In this document: positions 1 through 10,558 of the stretch, one piece after another | Layout of the letters: every line of letters starts with the position of its first letter | Numbering within the stretch: the first letter of the stretch is position 1 | From: Dehalococcoidia bacterium | GTDB lineage: Bacteria > Chloroflexota > Dehalococcoidia > GIF9 > UBA5629 | Length of the DNA: 64,000 nucleotides | Direction of reading: 5' to 3' | NCBI GenBank assembly: GCA_050011565.1 | Contig: JBEKIW010000001.1 | Coordinates: forward strand, 640,207-704,206 | The notes under the pieces: model-generated | What the model was told of the DNA's origin: nothing | Databases searched by the model: none | Seen by the model: only the letters and a program-made list of their open reading frames with translations | Translations under genes and position numbers: made by a program

Positions 1-666
1 GGCAGTGTCGCTGCCTCTCAGGAAATTGTTAACCTGCTTGAGCAGGTAAAGAAGCCCGTCGTGGTCAGCATGGGCGATCTGGCCGCTTCAGGCGGATATT
101 ACATCTCAGCAGGGGCCGACAAAATCGTGGCTTTGCCCGGTACTCTGACCGGCAGTATCGGTGTTATCTCCGAAATGCCCAATCTCAAGGGGCTGTTTGA
201 TAAGCTCGGAATAGACATGCAGGTTTTCATAGCCGGCAAACATAAAGATATGTACGCCGGATTTAGAGACCTGACTCCGGAAGAAAAAGTGATTATGCAG
301 GATATGACCGACCAGCTCTATGACCAGTTCGTACAGGTTGTTGCCAAGGGCAGGAATTTAAGCGAGGACAAGGTCAGAGAATTAGCCACCGGACAGCTTT
401 ATACCGGGATACAGGCCAAGGAACTAGGACTGGTGGATGAGCTGGGCGGACTTCAGACGGCCCTAGATTCAGCGGCCAGTCTGGCCGGCATTTCGAAGCC
501 GGAAGTGGAGTACTATAAACCGCAAGCTCCATCTCTGCTGAATAGTTTGCTGGGTATGGGCTGGCAGAAGCTAAGCAGCCTCATTCAGCCGACATCATTA
601 AGTGCCGAAGATATTATCCTGCTGGAAACATTGACTAATCCTTACCCGCAGCCGGAATATCGATAA
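1..666 (+). CDS. sppA: Signal peptide peptidase SppA (36K type), C-terminal part. The gene begins upstream of the window.
   Basis: The frame-1 translation from nt 1 is continuous with ORF 61..666 ([56 protein letters not shown]), a typical SppA/ClpP-fold serine peptidase motif. Confidence 0.8.
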   Translation, partial: GSVAASQEIVNLLEQVKKPVVVSMGDLAASGGYYISAGADKIVALPGTLTGSIGVISEMPNLKGLFDKLGIDMQVFIAGKHKDMYAGFRDLTPEEKVIMQDMTDQLYDQFVQVVAKGRNLSEDKVRELATGQLYTGIQAKELGLVDELGGLQTALDSAASLAGISKPEVEYYKPQAPSLLNSLLGMGWQKLSSLIQPTSLSAEDIILLETLTNPYPQPEYR

Positions 667-687
667 TTGGTTTAGGAAGCAGAAATA

Positions 688-1878
688 ATGGGACAGTTTC
701 GTTTTCTTACCGCCGGTGAGTCACATGGCAGGGGGCTGGTAGCGGTTATCGAGGGGATGGTCGCCGGCTTGCCGATTAGTGAAGATGACATAGCTCAAGA
801 CCTTAAGCGGCGGCAGGCGGGCTACGGCCGAAGCGCCCGCATGAAAATCGAGCATGACAAAGCCGAGATTATCTCGGGAGTACGCCACGGCCTTACCATC
901 GGCAGCCCCATAAGCCTGCTCATTTGGAATCGCGTCTGGGAAGACTGGCGGGAGATAATGAGCATTGCTCCGGTGGGCAAGAAAATACAGCCCATAACTA
1001 CACCTCGACCGGGACATGCCGACCTAGCCGGAGTGACTAAATACGGCGTTGAGGATATTCGGCTCATTTTGGAGCGTGCCAGCGCCCGGGAGACAGCAGC
1101 CAGAGTCGCTGTCGGCGCTGTAGCCAGAAGATTTCTCGATGAATTCGGCGTCTCTATACATAGCCATACCATAAGCATCGGTAAACACCGGGCCAAACAG
1201 CTCAAGTCGATAAATTGGCAGCGGGTAGAGAAATCACCTGTCCGCTGTGCCGATGGCGGAGCCGAAAAGGCGATGATGGCGGCTATCGATGAAGCCAGGG
1301 CCGAGGGGGATACTCTCGGCGGTGTCTTCGAGGTAATTGCTGCCGGCGTACCTGTCGGATTGGGCAGCCACGTCCAGTGGGACCGCCGACTTACGGGCCA
1401 AATCGCTCAAGCCATAATGAGCATACCCGCGGTGAAAGGCGTCGAGATAGGCGACGGCTTTTCGGTGGCCGGTGCCAAGGGTTCTCAGGCACAGGACGTA
1501 ATCGAAGCCAGCCCGAAAGGAGCCACTTTAACCTGGCGTCGAGTCACCAATAATGCCGGCGGTATCGAAGGCGGCATGAGCAATGGAGAACCGATTGTGG
1601 TCCGCGCCGCGATAAAACCCATCGCCACCCTGGGCAAGCCGCTGCCCACCGTTGACTTGAAGACCGGAAAGAGTGCTGAGGCTCATTATGAGCGCAGCGA
1701 TATCTGTGTCGTCCCCGCCGCCGGAGTCATCGGCGAAGCCATGCTGGCCATCGTCCTGGCCAATGCTATGCTGGAGAAGTTCGGCGGCGACCACTTGAAA
1801 GAGACTCTGGCCAACTATAAAAACTACATTAGCTCTGCTTACTCACACAACCGTTATGCGGCGTCGAAGAGAAAATAA
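688..1878 (+). CDS. aroC: Chorismate synthase
   Basis: The N-terminus MGQFRFLTAGESHGRGLVAVIEGMVAGLPI and 396 aa length are characteristic of AroC. The ATG at 688 is preceded by ggaagc. Confidence 0.9.
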   Translation: MGQFRFLTAGESHGRGLVAVIEGMVAGLPISEDDIAQDLKRRQAGYGRSARMKIEHDKAEIISGVRHGLTIGSPISLLIWNRVWEDWREIMSIAPVGKKIQPITTPRPGHADLAGVTKYGVEDIRLILERASARETAARVAVGAVARRFLDEFGVSIHSHTISIGKHRAKQLKSINWQRVEKSPVRCADGGAEKAMMAAIDEARAEGDTLGGVFEVIAAGVPVGLGSHVQWDRRLTGQIAQAIMSIPAVKGVEIGDGFSVAGAKGSQAQDVIEASPKGATLTWRRVTNNAGGIEGGMSNGEPIVVRAAIKPIATLGKPLPTVDLKTGKSAEAHYERSDICVVPAAGVIGEAMLAIVLANAMLEKFGGDHLKETLANYKNYISSAYSHNRYAASKRK

Positions 1879-3514
1879 GAATATCGCCCTCATCGGTTTC
1901 TCAGCTACCGGTAAAACAGTTGTTGCCCAAAAAGTAGCTGCGCACTTGAACTGGACGTTCATTGACGCCGATGATGAAATAGTCAAGCTAAGCGGCAAGG
2001 CTATTCCCGAAATCTTCAAGCAGGACGGCGAGGAGAAGTTCCGGCGGCTGGAGAGCCAGGTATTAAAGCAGGCCTGTCACAAAGAGCACGCGGTCATAGC
2101 CACCGGCGGCGGCGCTATAATCGACCCCACAAACCAGAGCCTGCTTCTTGAAACCGGCACAGTTGTTTGTCTGGAAGCCAGGTCGGAGACTGTGTATCAG
2201 CGCTTGCTCCATGACACTCTTTACTCGGAAAACCCCGTAGTCCGCCCTCTGCTTGCCGGCGATAATCCGCTGGAGCGCATTAAGCAGCTTAAAACCAGGC
2301 GCCAGCCTTACTATGCTATGGCCGACTGGACGGTTCACACCGATAACCTGACCGTTGAGGAAGTCAGCCGGGAGGTAATAAAAGGCTGGCAGTATATAAA
2401 TCGTGGTAAACGATCCATTGAAGCCGATTTGGCCTGCAGGGTCCAGACCACAACTGCCGAATACCCCGTATTTGCCGGCTGGGGGATACTGGACAAGCTG
2501 GCAGAAAAAATGAAAGCGGCCGGCTTATCGGGCACGGCTAACATTGTCAGTGATGAAACAGTCTTCTCCATTTACGGTGCTAAGGTCAAGAAAGCGCTGC
2601 AAAAAGCCGGCTTTGACGTCAATTCCTGTGTAGTGCCGCCCGGCGAAGCCTCAAAGAACATTTCTCAGGCTGTTAAAATTTATGATTATCTCATCGAGCG
2701 CCGGGTAGAGAGAAACGACGTGATAGTGGCTCTGGGTGGCGGCATGATTGGCGACTTGGCCGGCTTCGTCGCGGCCACCTTTTTAAGAGGCTTGCCCTGG
2801 CTGCAGGTGCCCACCAGCCTGATAGCCATGACCGACGCCAGCATTGGCGGTAAGGTAGCTGTCGACCACCCAAAGGGGAAAAACCTGATAGGTGCTTTTT
2901 ATCAGCCGTGTCTTGTCCTGGCCGACATTAATACCTTGACCACCTTACCTCATCGTGAGCTTACCTCAGGATGGGCCGAGGTTATAAAGCACGGGTTGAT
3001 TCTCGATGCTGATTTCCTCAAGCTCCTTGAGGACAATGCCAAAGACCTGATTAAGCTAAAGCGGGACATTACTGTCAAAGTCATCGCTCGCAGCGCAGCC
3101 ATTAAATGCCGGGTTGTCTCTGAAGATGAGCGAGAAACCGAAAAACGCACCATTCTAAACTACGGGCACACAGTAGCCCACGGACTGGAAGCGGCTACTG
3201 ACTACGGCCGTTTTCTCCACGGTGAAGCCGTGGCCATTGGCATGATGGCTGCTGCCAGACTGAGCCATCGGTTGAAGCTCCTATCCGAAAAGGCTGTCGA
3301 CCGCCACGAAGCAATCTTACAGAAGTTCGGTTTACCTACCGATTGCTCCGGTGTGGCTGTGAATGATGTGCTGGCGGCTATGGAGCTGGATAAAAAAGTG
3401 CGGGGTAAAGCTATCAGATGGGTACTGCTTGAAGATATCGGCCGGGTCGTAATACGCAGCGACGTGCCGACGAAAGATGTATTGACTGTCATTCGACAGG
3501 TGATAAGACCTTGA
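1856..3514 (+). CDS. aroKB: Bifunctional shikimate kinase / 3-dehydroquinate synthase (AroK-AroB fusion)
   Basis: The N-terminal ~180 aa carry a P-loop (IALIGFSATGKT) typical of shikimate kinase. The C-terminal ~360 aa carry the DHQ synthase motifs GGGMIGDLAGF...PTSLIAMTDASIGGKVAVDH. It overlaps the aroC stop by 23 nt. Confidence 0.85.
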   Translation: MRRRRENKNIALIGFSATGKTVVAQKVAAHLNWTFIDADDEIVKLSGKAIPEIFKQDGEEKFRRLESQVLKQACHKEHAVIATGGGAIIDPTNQSLLLETGTVVCLEARSETVYQRLLHDTLYSENPVVRPLLAGDNPLERIKQLKTRRQPYYAMADWTVHTDNLTVEEVSREVIKGWQYINRGKRSIEADLACRVQTTTAEYPVFAGWGILDKLAEKMKAAGLSGTANIVSDETVFSIYGAKVKKALQKAGFDVNSCVVPPGEASKNISQAVKIYDYLIERRVERNDVIVALGGGMIGDLAGFVAATFLRGLPWLQVPTSLIAMTDASIGGKVAVDHPKGKNLIGAFYQPCLVLADINTLTTLPHRELTSGWAEVIKHGLILDADFLKLLEDNAKDLIKLKRDITVKVIARSAAIKCRVVSEDERETEKRTILNYGHTVAHGLEAATDYGRFLHGEAVAIGMMAAARLSHRLKLLSEKAVDRHEAILQKFGLPTDCSGVAVNDVLAAMELDKKVRGKAIRWVLLEDIGRVVIRSDVPTKDVLTVIRQVIRP

Positions 3515-4377
3515 CCATAGCCCTGAGCAAGCGGGCCACATTCCTGGACTATATTAGTGTCCTGAAACCCGTAGAGACCAGCCTGCTTACCTTTATCGGT
3601 ATTGTCTCCGCCACTATTGCCTCCGGTGGCTACCCGCCGGCCAAAGCCTTTTTTCTCGTTCTGGTTGCCGTACTTTTGGGCAGCGCCGGCTCCAACGGGC
3701 TGACCAACTATCTCGACCGTGAAGTCGACGCTCAAATGACCAGGACATACAATCGTGCTCTACCCTCGAGGCGAATCAACCCTCCACAGAAAGCTCTACC
3801 GCTTATTATCGGGCTTATAGTTGCTGGACTAGCCTTAGCCTGGGTGCTGAATCCGCTCTGTTTCGTAATCGGAGCTGTCGGCGTCATAGCTTCGTCGGTA
3901 TGGCGCAAGACAATCTCATGTACTTTTCTAGGCATAGTTGCCGGCTGCAGCCCCGTGCTTATCGGATGGCTGGCCATAAGTCCAGCATTCGATACCAGAA
4001 TCCTCTTGTTGTGCGCTCTGGTGGCTATCTGGACGCCGATTCACGTCTGGACTTTAATGATTGCCAACCGGGAAGATTATTTAGGTGCCGGTTTGCATTA
4101 CTTTCCATTGAGCTGGCAGGTAAAAGATGTGGTCAAAATACTTTTCGGCCTATCGATAATGCTCTATACGGTTTCTATGCTCATTTACGTAGCCGGCGGA
4201 TTTCATTTGCTGTATCTGATTTTAGCCAATATACTCGGCGCCTTGATGATTTACGCCAATGCCCGCCTGCTGTTTTCCATGACATCGACGGCTGCCTGGC
4301 GTGTCTATAAACTATCTGCCTTTCCCTATCTAGGCATTATTTTCCTGACCATGGCCCTGGATATCTGGTTAATGTAA
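3511..4377 (+). CDS. UbiA-family aromatic/polyprenyl prenyltransferase (integral membrane)
   Basis: It has multiple TM helices and the motif NYLDREVDAQMTR, which fits the UbiA NxxxDxxxD signature. A TTG start overlaps the aroKB stop. Confidence 0.65.
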   Translation: MTIALSKRATFLDYISVLKPVETSLLTFIGIVSATIASGGYPPAKAFFLVLVAVLLGSAGSNGLTNYLDREVDAQMTRTYNRALPSRRINPPQKALPLIIGLIVAGLALAWVLNPLCFVIGAVGVIASSVWRKTISCTFLGIVAGCSPVLIGWLAISPAFDTRILLLCALVAIWTPIHVWTLMIANREDYLGAGLHYFPLSWQVKDVVKILFGLSIMLYTVSMLIYVAGGFHLLYLILANILGALMIYANARLLFSMTSTAAWRVYKLSAFPYLGIIFLTMALDIWLM

Positions 4378-4379
4378 AT

Positions 4380-5837
4380 ATGGATGCCAGTCTTAGAGAC
4401 ATACTGGAAACTGCCTTTCATCCTGAATCTATTGCCGTAGCCGGAGCCTCGGAAGACCCTTTATCTTTCGGCCACCAGTTTTTCCGGCATCTGCTGGACT
4501 ACGGCTACACAGGCCAAATTTATCCGGTGAACCCCAATAAAGAGTCTATATTCGGTCTTAAAGCTTATCCAAACCTGACTAGCATACCGGGAAAGGTTGA
4601 CTACGTTATCTGCTGCCTGCCGGCATCTATGGTCCTGGACATGCTTAACGAATGTCCGGCCAAAGGAGTGAAGATCGTTCACCTGGTCACGGCTCGCCTG
4701 AGCGAAACCGGTCGCCGGGAAGCCGTAGAGCTTGAAGCCGAGATGCTTAAGGCGGCCCGAAGGTTAAACATACGTCTTATCGGCCCCAACTGTATGGGCA
4801 TTTATTATCCCCGTGGCAGAATTGCCAACGGATATAATTTACCCCGGGAAGCTGGAAATATCGGCGCCGTGTTTCAAAGCGGCGGCTCCTCCACCATGCT
4901 CATCCGTTACGCAGAACTGCGCGGCCTTCGTTTCAGCAAGGTTATCAGCTACGGTAACGCACTGGATATAGATGAGAGCGATTTCCTGAACTACCTGGCT
5001 CAGGATGATGAGACCGATATAATCGCCGCCTACTTTGAAGGTGTCAAAGACGGCAGGAAGTTCCTCAATGCTCTGAGTGACACTGCACGTATCAAACCCG
5101 TCATTGCCATAAAGGGCGGGCGGGGATTGGCCGGCTCCAGAGCCGTTACCTCGCACACAGCAGCTATCGCTGGCTCTATGTCTGTCTGGGAGACAGTTTT
5201 CAAAAAGGCTGGAGTGATACCGGCTCAGGACTTAAGTGAGCTCGTCGACCTCCTGGTTGCCTTCTCCTTCCTGCCACCGATTACGGGATACAGGGTCGGC
5301 ATAATGAGCGCCGGTGGCGGGCTATCGGTAATATCCGCCGATGTCTGTGAAGAGGCTGGCCTTAAGGTGCCGCCGATGCCCGCTAAAATCAGGGAGGAAC
5401 TGAAGATAAAGGCGCCTGAGATATGGGACTGGATAGGAAACCCTATCGACATCTCCATAATGGGTGCGGTGTCTGTCGGTTTTGCTGAGATACTGAAGGA
5501 GCTGCCGAGATTAATTGCCGGAAGTCCTGACTTCGATTTCCTTATCGGTGAATTCAGCGACGATAATCCCTTTTTAACAGAGCTGTGGAGCGGTCTGGCT
5601 GCCGGTCAAACCGAAATGTTCATCAATTTGTACAATGAGAAATTAAAACCCATGATTGCCATAGTACACAGTGAGGCAGCCACTTCAGATTTGCCGTCAT
5701 ATGAACGCTGGAAGATACTAGCTGAGCAGCGAGCCAGGTATGCCGGTGCCCGGATTCCGACCTATTCAACAGTGGCTGAAGCGGCTAGAGCCGTTCGGAA
5801 ATTCATTGACTATTGTCGAGCCAAAGCGGAGAGGTAG
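4380..5837 (+). CDS. CoA-binding domain protein, acyl-CoA synthetase (NDP-forming) alpha-like
   Basis: The N-terminal CoA-binding fold (SIAVAGASEDP...YPVNPN..ICCLPA) is followed by a succinyl-CoA-ligase-like flavodoxin domain. Length is 485 aa. Confidence 0.7.
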   Translation: MDASLRDILETAFHPESIAVAGASEDPLSFGHQFFRHLLDYGYTGQIYPVNPNKESIFGLKAYPNLTSIPGKVDYVICCLPASMVLDMLNECPAKGVKIVHLVTARLSETGRREAVELEAEMLKAARRLNIRLIGPNCMGIYYPRGRIANGYNLPREAGNIGAVFQSGGSSTMLIRYAELRGLRFSKVISYGNALDIDESDFLNYLAQDDETDIIAAYFEGVKDGRKFLNALSDTARIKPVIAIKGGRGLAGSRAVTSHTAAIAGSMSVWETVFKKAGVIPAQDLSELVDLLVAFSFLPPITGYRVGIMSAGGGLSVISADVCEEAGLKVPPMPAKIREELKIKAPEIWDWIGNPIDISIMGAVSVGFAEILKELPRLIAGSPDFDFLIGEFSDDNPFLTELWSGLAAGQTEMFINLYNEKLKPMIAIVHSEAATSDLPSYERWKILAEQRARYAGARIPTYSTVAEAARAVRKFIDYCRAKAER

Positions 5838-5883
5838 CTTCACAGCTTCGGCCGGTAGCCTTCTAAAAAACTAAGGAGCTTAA

Positions 5884-7059
<1,176 letters not shown>

Positions 7060-7123
7060 TGACATACCTTGGTCTATCCGCCCATTCCCGGGTGATATTT
7101 CCTCAAAACATTTGAAAAACCCA

Positions 7124-7152
7124 TTGACAATAAGAATAATTAGGGGTAAATT
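7124..7152 (+). promoter_or_regulatory. Candidate sigma70-type promoter (TTGACA-N17-TAAATT) for the carboxylesterase gene. An AGGAGG RBS sits at 7191-7196.
   Basis: The -35 and -10 hexamers have 17 nt spacing and lie ~50 nt upstream of the ATG at 7203. Confidence 0.35.
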
Positions 7153-7202
7153 ATGCACAGCGCCTGGGAACTTAAGAAATTTATACCACAAGGAGGTATG
7201 TA

Positions 7203-8813
7203 ATGAAAAGGTTCAGTAGCTTTCTGCTCATCGCCCTGGTTCTCCTGTCTACCATCGCTGTCTCCTGTGCCCCCTCGTCAGTCGAGCTTAAAGACCCTAT
7301 AAAAATAGATACAGGACTGATATCGGGCACAACTGCTGGAGATATCCACATTTACAAAGGAATTCCTTTTGCCGCTCCGCCGGTAGGTGATTTGCGATGG
7401 AAACCACCGCAACCAGCGGCACCCTGGCAGGGGGTTAAGGATTGCACAAAGTTTGGCCCGGCACCAATGGGATATTATATCCCCGGTAGTTTTCCGTCAT
7501 TTTCCAATCCTCCCAGCGAAGATTGCCTGTATCTCAATGTCTGGACTCCGGCTAAGATGACGGGTGACAAACTGCCGGTCATGGTCTGGCTGTATGGCGG
7601 AGCCTTTTGGTTTGGTGAAGGCTCAAACCCAACATACGACGGTGTAAACCTGGCCAATCACGGTGCGGTCGTGGTCACCTTGAATTACCGGGTTGGCCCG
7701 CTCGGATGGCTGGCACATCCACTGCTCTCCAAGGAAGACCCACACAATTCCTCCGGCAACTACGGGCTGCTTGACCAGATAGCCGCGCTGCAGTGGGTGC
7801 AGAAAAATATCGCTGCCTTCGGCGGCGACTCCAGCCGGGTTACCATATTCGGTGAATCGGCAGGCGCTACTAGCGTGATTTGTCTGATGGCGTCGCCTCT
7901 AACCACGGGACTATTTCAGCGGGCTATATCGGAGAGTATGGCTGAGATGTCTTTTGCTGATATCCGTCAAGACAAATATGGTCAACCGGCCAAAGAAAAG
8001 ATGGGCTTGCAGCTGGCCAAGGACCTCGGCTGCGACACTGCAGCCGACCCTATAGCTTGCATGCGTGCCAAGAGCGCACAGGAAGTCATGGACACGGGGA
8101 AACCGGGTGGTGACCTTTTCGGTCCGTCTGTCTACAGATATGAGCCTTGTGTGGATGGCTGGATAATACCGGATCTTCCGCTAAACATATTTGAGGTGGG
8201 TAAACAACATAATGTTCCGCTATTGATTGGTTCCAATGCGGATGAAGGTAAATTATTTTCCAATTACAGTGTCGCGGACATGAAATCTTACACTGATTTC
8301 GTAAATGTGCTCTGCGGTGACAAGGTACAGCAGGTTTTGACTATGTTTCCTGGGACAACCGATGCGGAGGCTAAGTCATCCCTAAATCGGGTGTTAACGC
8401 TGCTGACATTTACCTGCCCCGCCAAAGCTTATGCCGGCGACATGAGCAAGGTTAATTCCAAAGCATATTTTTATCAGTTCAGCCGTGTAGCGCCTGGAAA
8501 TAAGACCGGTGCCTTTCATTCACGGGAAATAGGTTATGTCTTCGGTAATCTAAGCCCCATGTTATCAGGTCTAAAGGCTGAGCAGTACTTTAACGATGCC
8601 GATAGGGCACTATCTGAAGCTATGATGAAGTACTGGACTAATTTTGCCGCTGCCGGTGACCCCAACCAGGTAGGATTGACAAACTGGCCGGTCTATGATG
8701 CTGCCGCAGGGCAGTACATGGACTTGGGTGACACGACACAGGTCAAATCAGGCCTTTATAATGAAGCCTGCGACCTGTTTATGAGCATAATCAAGGGGAA
8801 ACGAGGCCAGTAG
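7203..8813 (+). CDS. Type-B carboxylesterase (para-nitrobenzyl esterase family), predicted secreted lipoprotein
   Basis: It has a signal peptide with a lipobox (LLSTIAVSC), the catalytic GESAGA serine motif and the carboxylesterase B N-terminal region (EDCLYLNVWTP). Length is 536 aa. Confidence 0.85.
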   Translation: MKRFSSFLLIALVLLSTIAVSCAPSSVELKDPIKIDTGLISGTTAGDIHIYKGIPFAAPPVGDLRWKPPQPAAPWQGVKDCTKFGPAPMGYYIPGSFPSFSNPPSEDCLYLNVWTPAKMTGDKLPVMVWLYGGAFWFGEGSNPTYDGVNLANHGAVVVTLNYRVGPLGWLAHPLLSKEDPHNSSGNYGLLDQIAALQWVQKNIAAFGGDSSRVTIFGESAGATSVICLMASPLTTGLFQRAISESMAEMSFADIRQDKYGQPAKEKMGLQLAKDLGCDTAADPIACMRAKSAQEVMDTGKPGGDLFGPSVYRYEPCVDGWIIPDLPLNIFEVGKQHNVPLLIGSNADEGKLFSNYSVADMKSYTDFVNVLCGDKVQQVLTMFPGTTDAEAKSSLNRVLTLLTFTCPAKAYAGDMSKVNSKAYFYQFSRVAPGNKTGAFHSREIGYVFGNLSPMLSGLKAEQYFNDADRALSEAMMKYWTNFAAAGDPNQVGLTNWPVYDAAAGQYMDLGDTTQVKSGLYNEACDLFMSIIKGKRGQ

Positions 8814-8966
8814 AACTTAGCCGAGCACAAGCTACTTCTCTGTGAGCACACCTCCCTCAGTTCATCATTCTGAGGGAGGTTTTGTTTTGTGCCACTCTGA
8901 GAGAGCACTTAGCCTTTCCTGTCATTCTGAGCGCAGCGAAGAATCTCATACGGCTCAGGATAAATT

Positions 8967-8994
8967 CGGCGAAGAGTCTATAGATTCTTCGCCG
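8967..8994 (+). terminator. Long perfect hairpin (12-bp stem, TATA loop) downstream of the esterase gene. It has a possible terminator or structural role.
   Basis: cggcgaagagtc-tata-gattcttcgccg, read directly. The following tract is only moderately T-rich. Confidence 0.3.
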
Positions 8995-9423
8995 AAGCTT
9001 TCTTCTTGCAGCTTTCCCACCCAGGATGACCTGGAGCAAATGAAGACCGAGGCGGCGGACTCCAACGTGCTGCGTTAGCTATGGTTGCCTGTACAAGAGC
9101 TACCGTTTCCTATGATGGGTAAACTCGGGGTATTAAAAGCCACCAAGCCTCTCGGCGTGGGATTATTAATTGGGATGAGCACTCTCACCAGATTCAAATT
9201 TTTGGGAGCAACCCAAGTTTCAGGTAGATTTATTTACAGAGCACTAATGGGCTGATATGCTGAGGTGTGTATTTGGGTTTGATATATTCGAACCTCATCT
9301 AGTTGATCAGATGTCCACCAAATACTAATCCGAGGCAAAGAATAAAGTTGTCTTGGAGACGATAGTGCTCTGCAACTGCAAAGAATTCCAATTTTTGAAG
9401 TGAAGGCGCTTTACTCCTATCAC

Positions 9424-10071
9424 CTAGGTCTCTCGCGATCTAACAGCAATTTTATGTAATTCAAAATCTCTAATATCTCTTAATCCACCTTGGTGTGCGA
9501 TTTCACGTGCATTTTCCGTGAGATTAGCTAAGAAGTTTTTTTGCGCCAAGTTTAGCTGATTTAGAAGTTCCCTTTCCAGACGATCTATTCTCTTTAGCCA
9601 CGGATTTTTCGATAGATTTGGTAATCCATAGTATGGAACTATTATATAATCAATCAGTTTGTCCCAACCTGCTCTAATTCTGAAAATAGCGTTTAGAAGA
9701 TGGTGTTCAAACTGCATGTCATGCCAGCCTATGAGTTTAGTCACCCTGGGGTCCTTTTCTTGTTTAGTTGACTCTTGAGCCTCTTTATCTCTCGTAATAC
9801 TTAATATTGATGCTAAACGTAATTCCTCAAGTATTGACCAAGAATTGACTAGAAAATCAGCCAGTCCTCCCCAAAATAGATTGATGTTAGCTTTATCTGG
9901 TATATCTATGCCCTCAAGCAATCGTGCATAATCTAGTTGCATCAGGTCATCGATTTGCTGTCCTTGCGTCGGGATTATTTGTGCTCTTCGAAAGAAGATC
10001 CAAACGGACTCATTTTGTTCAAGGCTTCCCCACTCGGTCTGTTTTTCTTGAGCCTCTATTACTTTCAACAT
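9424..10071 (-). CDS. Hypothetical alpha-helical protein (215 aa) with a C-terminal Rx4H (HEPN-like) motif, encoded in a low-GC islet
   Basis: It is a long ORF in a low-GC region with an ATG start. I recognise no family. The motif RDIRDFELH lies near the C-terminus. It is coupled to an upstream 65-aa ORF by a TAATG overlap. Confidence 0.5.
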   Translation of the reverse strand: MLKVIEAQEKQTEWGSLEQNESVWIFFRRAQIIPTQGQQIDDLMQLDYARLLEGIDIPDKANINLFWGGLADFLVNSWSILEELRLASILSITRDKEAQESTKQEKDPRVTKLIGWHDMQFEHHLLNAIFRIRAGWDKLIDYIIVPYYGLPNLSKNPWLKRIDRLERELLNQLNLAQKNFLANLTENAREIAHQGGLRDIRDFELHKIAVRSRET

Positions 10072-10268
10072 TATTGCACGGTTATTCTCTCAGAGATAAA
10101 TGGCACAACCAACTTAGCGACAGGGATTCTATTATATTCTTTAATAAACCTCATTTTAGTACACAGTAAGGACGGTGAAAGCCCCTGATAAGTAAAAAGT
10201 GCTTTTCTAGCAGCTACCAATATCAGCAGGTTTTTATAAAGGCGTCCTGACAGAGGTAATGATTTCAT
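10071..10268 (-). CDS. Small basic hypothetical protein (65 aa), translationally coupled to the 215-aa ORF
   Basis: Its stop overlaps the downstream start (TAATG). It has no recognisable domain. Confidence 0.3.
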   Translation of the reverse strand: MKSLPLSGRLYKNLLILVAARKALFTYQGLSPSLLCTKMRFIKEYNRIPVAKLVVPFISERITVQ

Positions 10269-10558
10269 CTAATCCCTACACATGTTTACCAGAGTTATCA
10301 AGATTATTATACCGCCATATCTCATCACAGACTAGAATTATACTCAAACTACGGATAAAGCAGCCAAAGACTCATAGTCATAAGCTTCTTGGCAAGTCGC
10401 AGCATTACGTCACTATTGAAGCTCCCAAATTAGTAAGAATGTGCCATAATGAAATACAGACATAAAGGCGTGTTGGCAAGATATAACGCTCAATGCGTAG
10501 TTAAATTGAACAAGAAGCTACTATCAGCTATAATTTCGTGACACGTTAGGAGGTCTAC

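Noticed and set aside
3900-4310. 136-aa ORF in an alternative frame within the UbiA prenyltransferase gene
   Set aside because: It overlaps a membrane-protein CDS with a clear family motif. Its Arg/Cys-rich composition is typical of an off-frame translation.
8860-9000. CRISPR array
   Set aside because: The repeats are only ~9-11 bp and irregularly spaced, and no cas genes are present. Nothing else in the window resembles a CRISPR.
8842-9078. 78-aa ORF MSTPPSVHHSEGGFVLCHSERALSLSCHSERSEESH...
   Set aside because: It is the translation of the cattctgag repeat/hairpin element. It has low complexity and no RBS.
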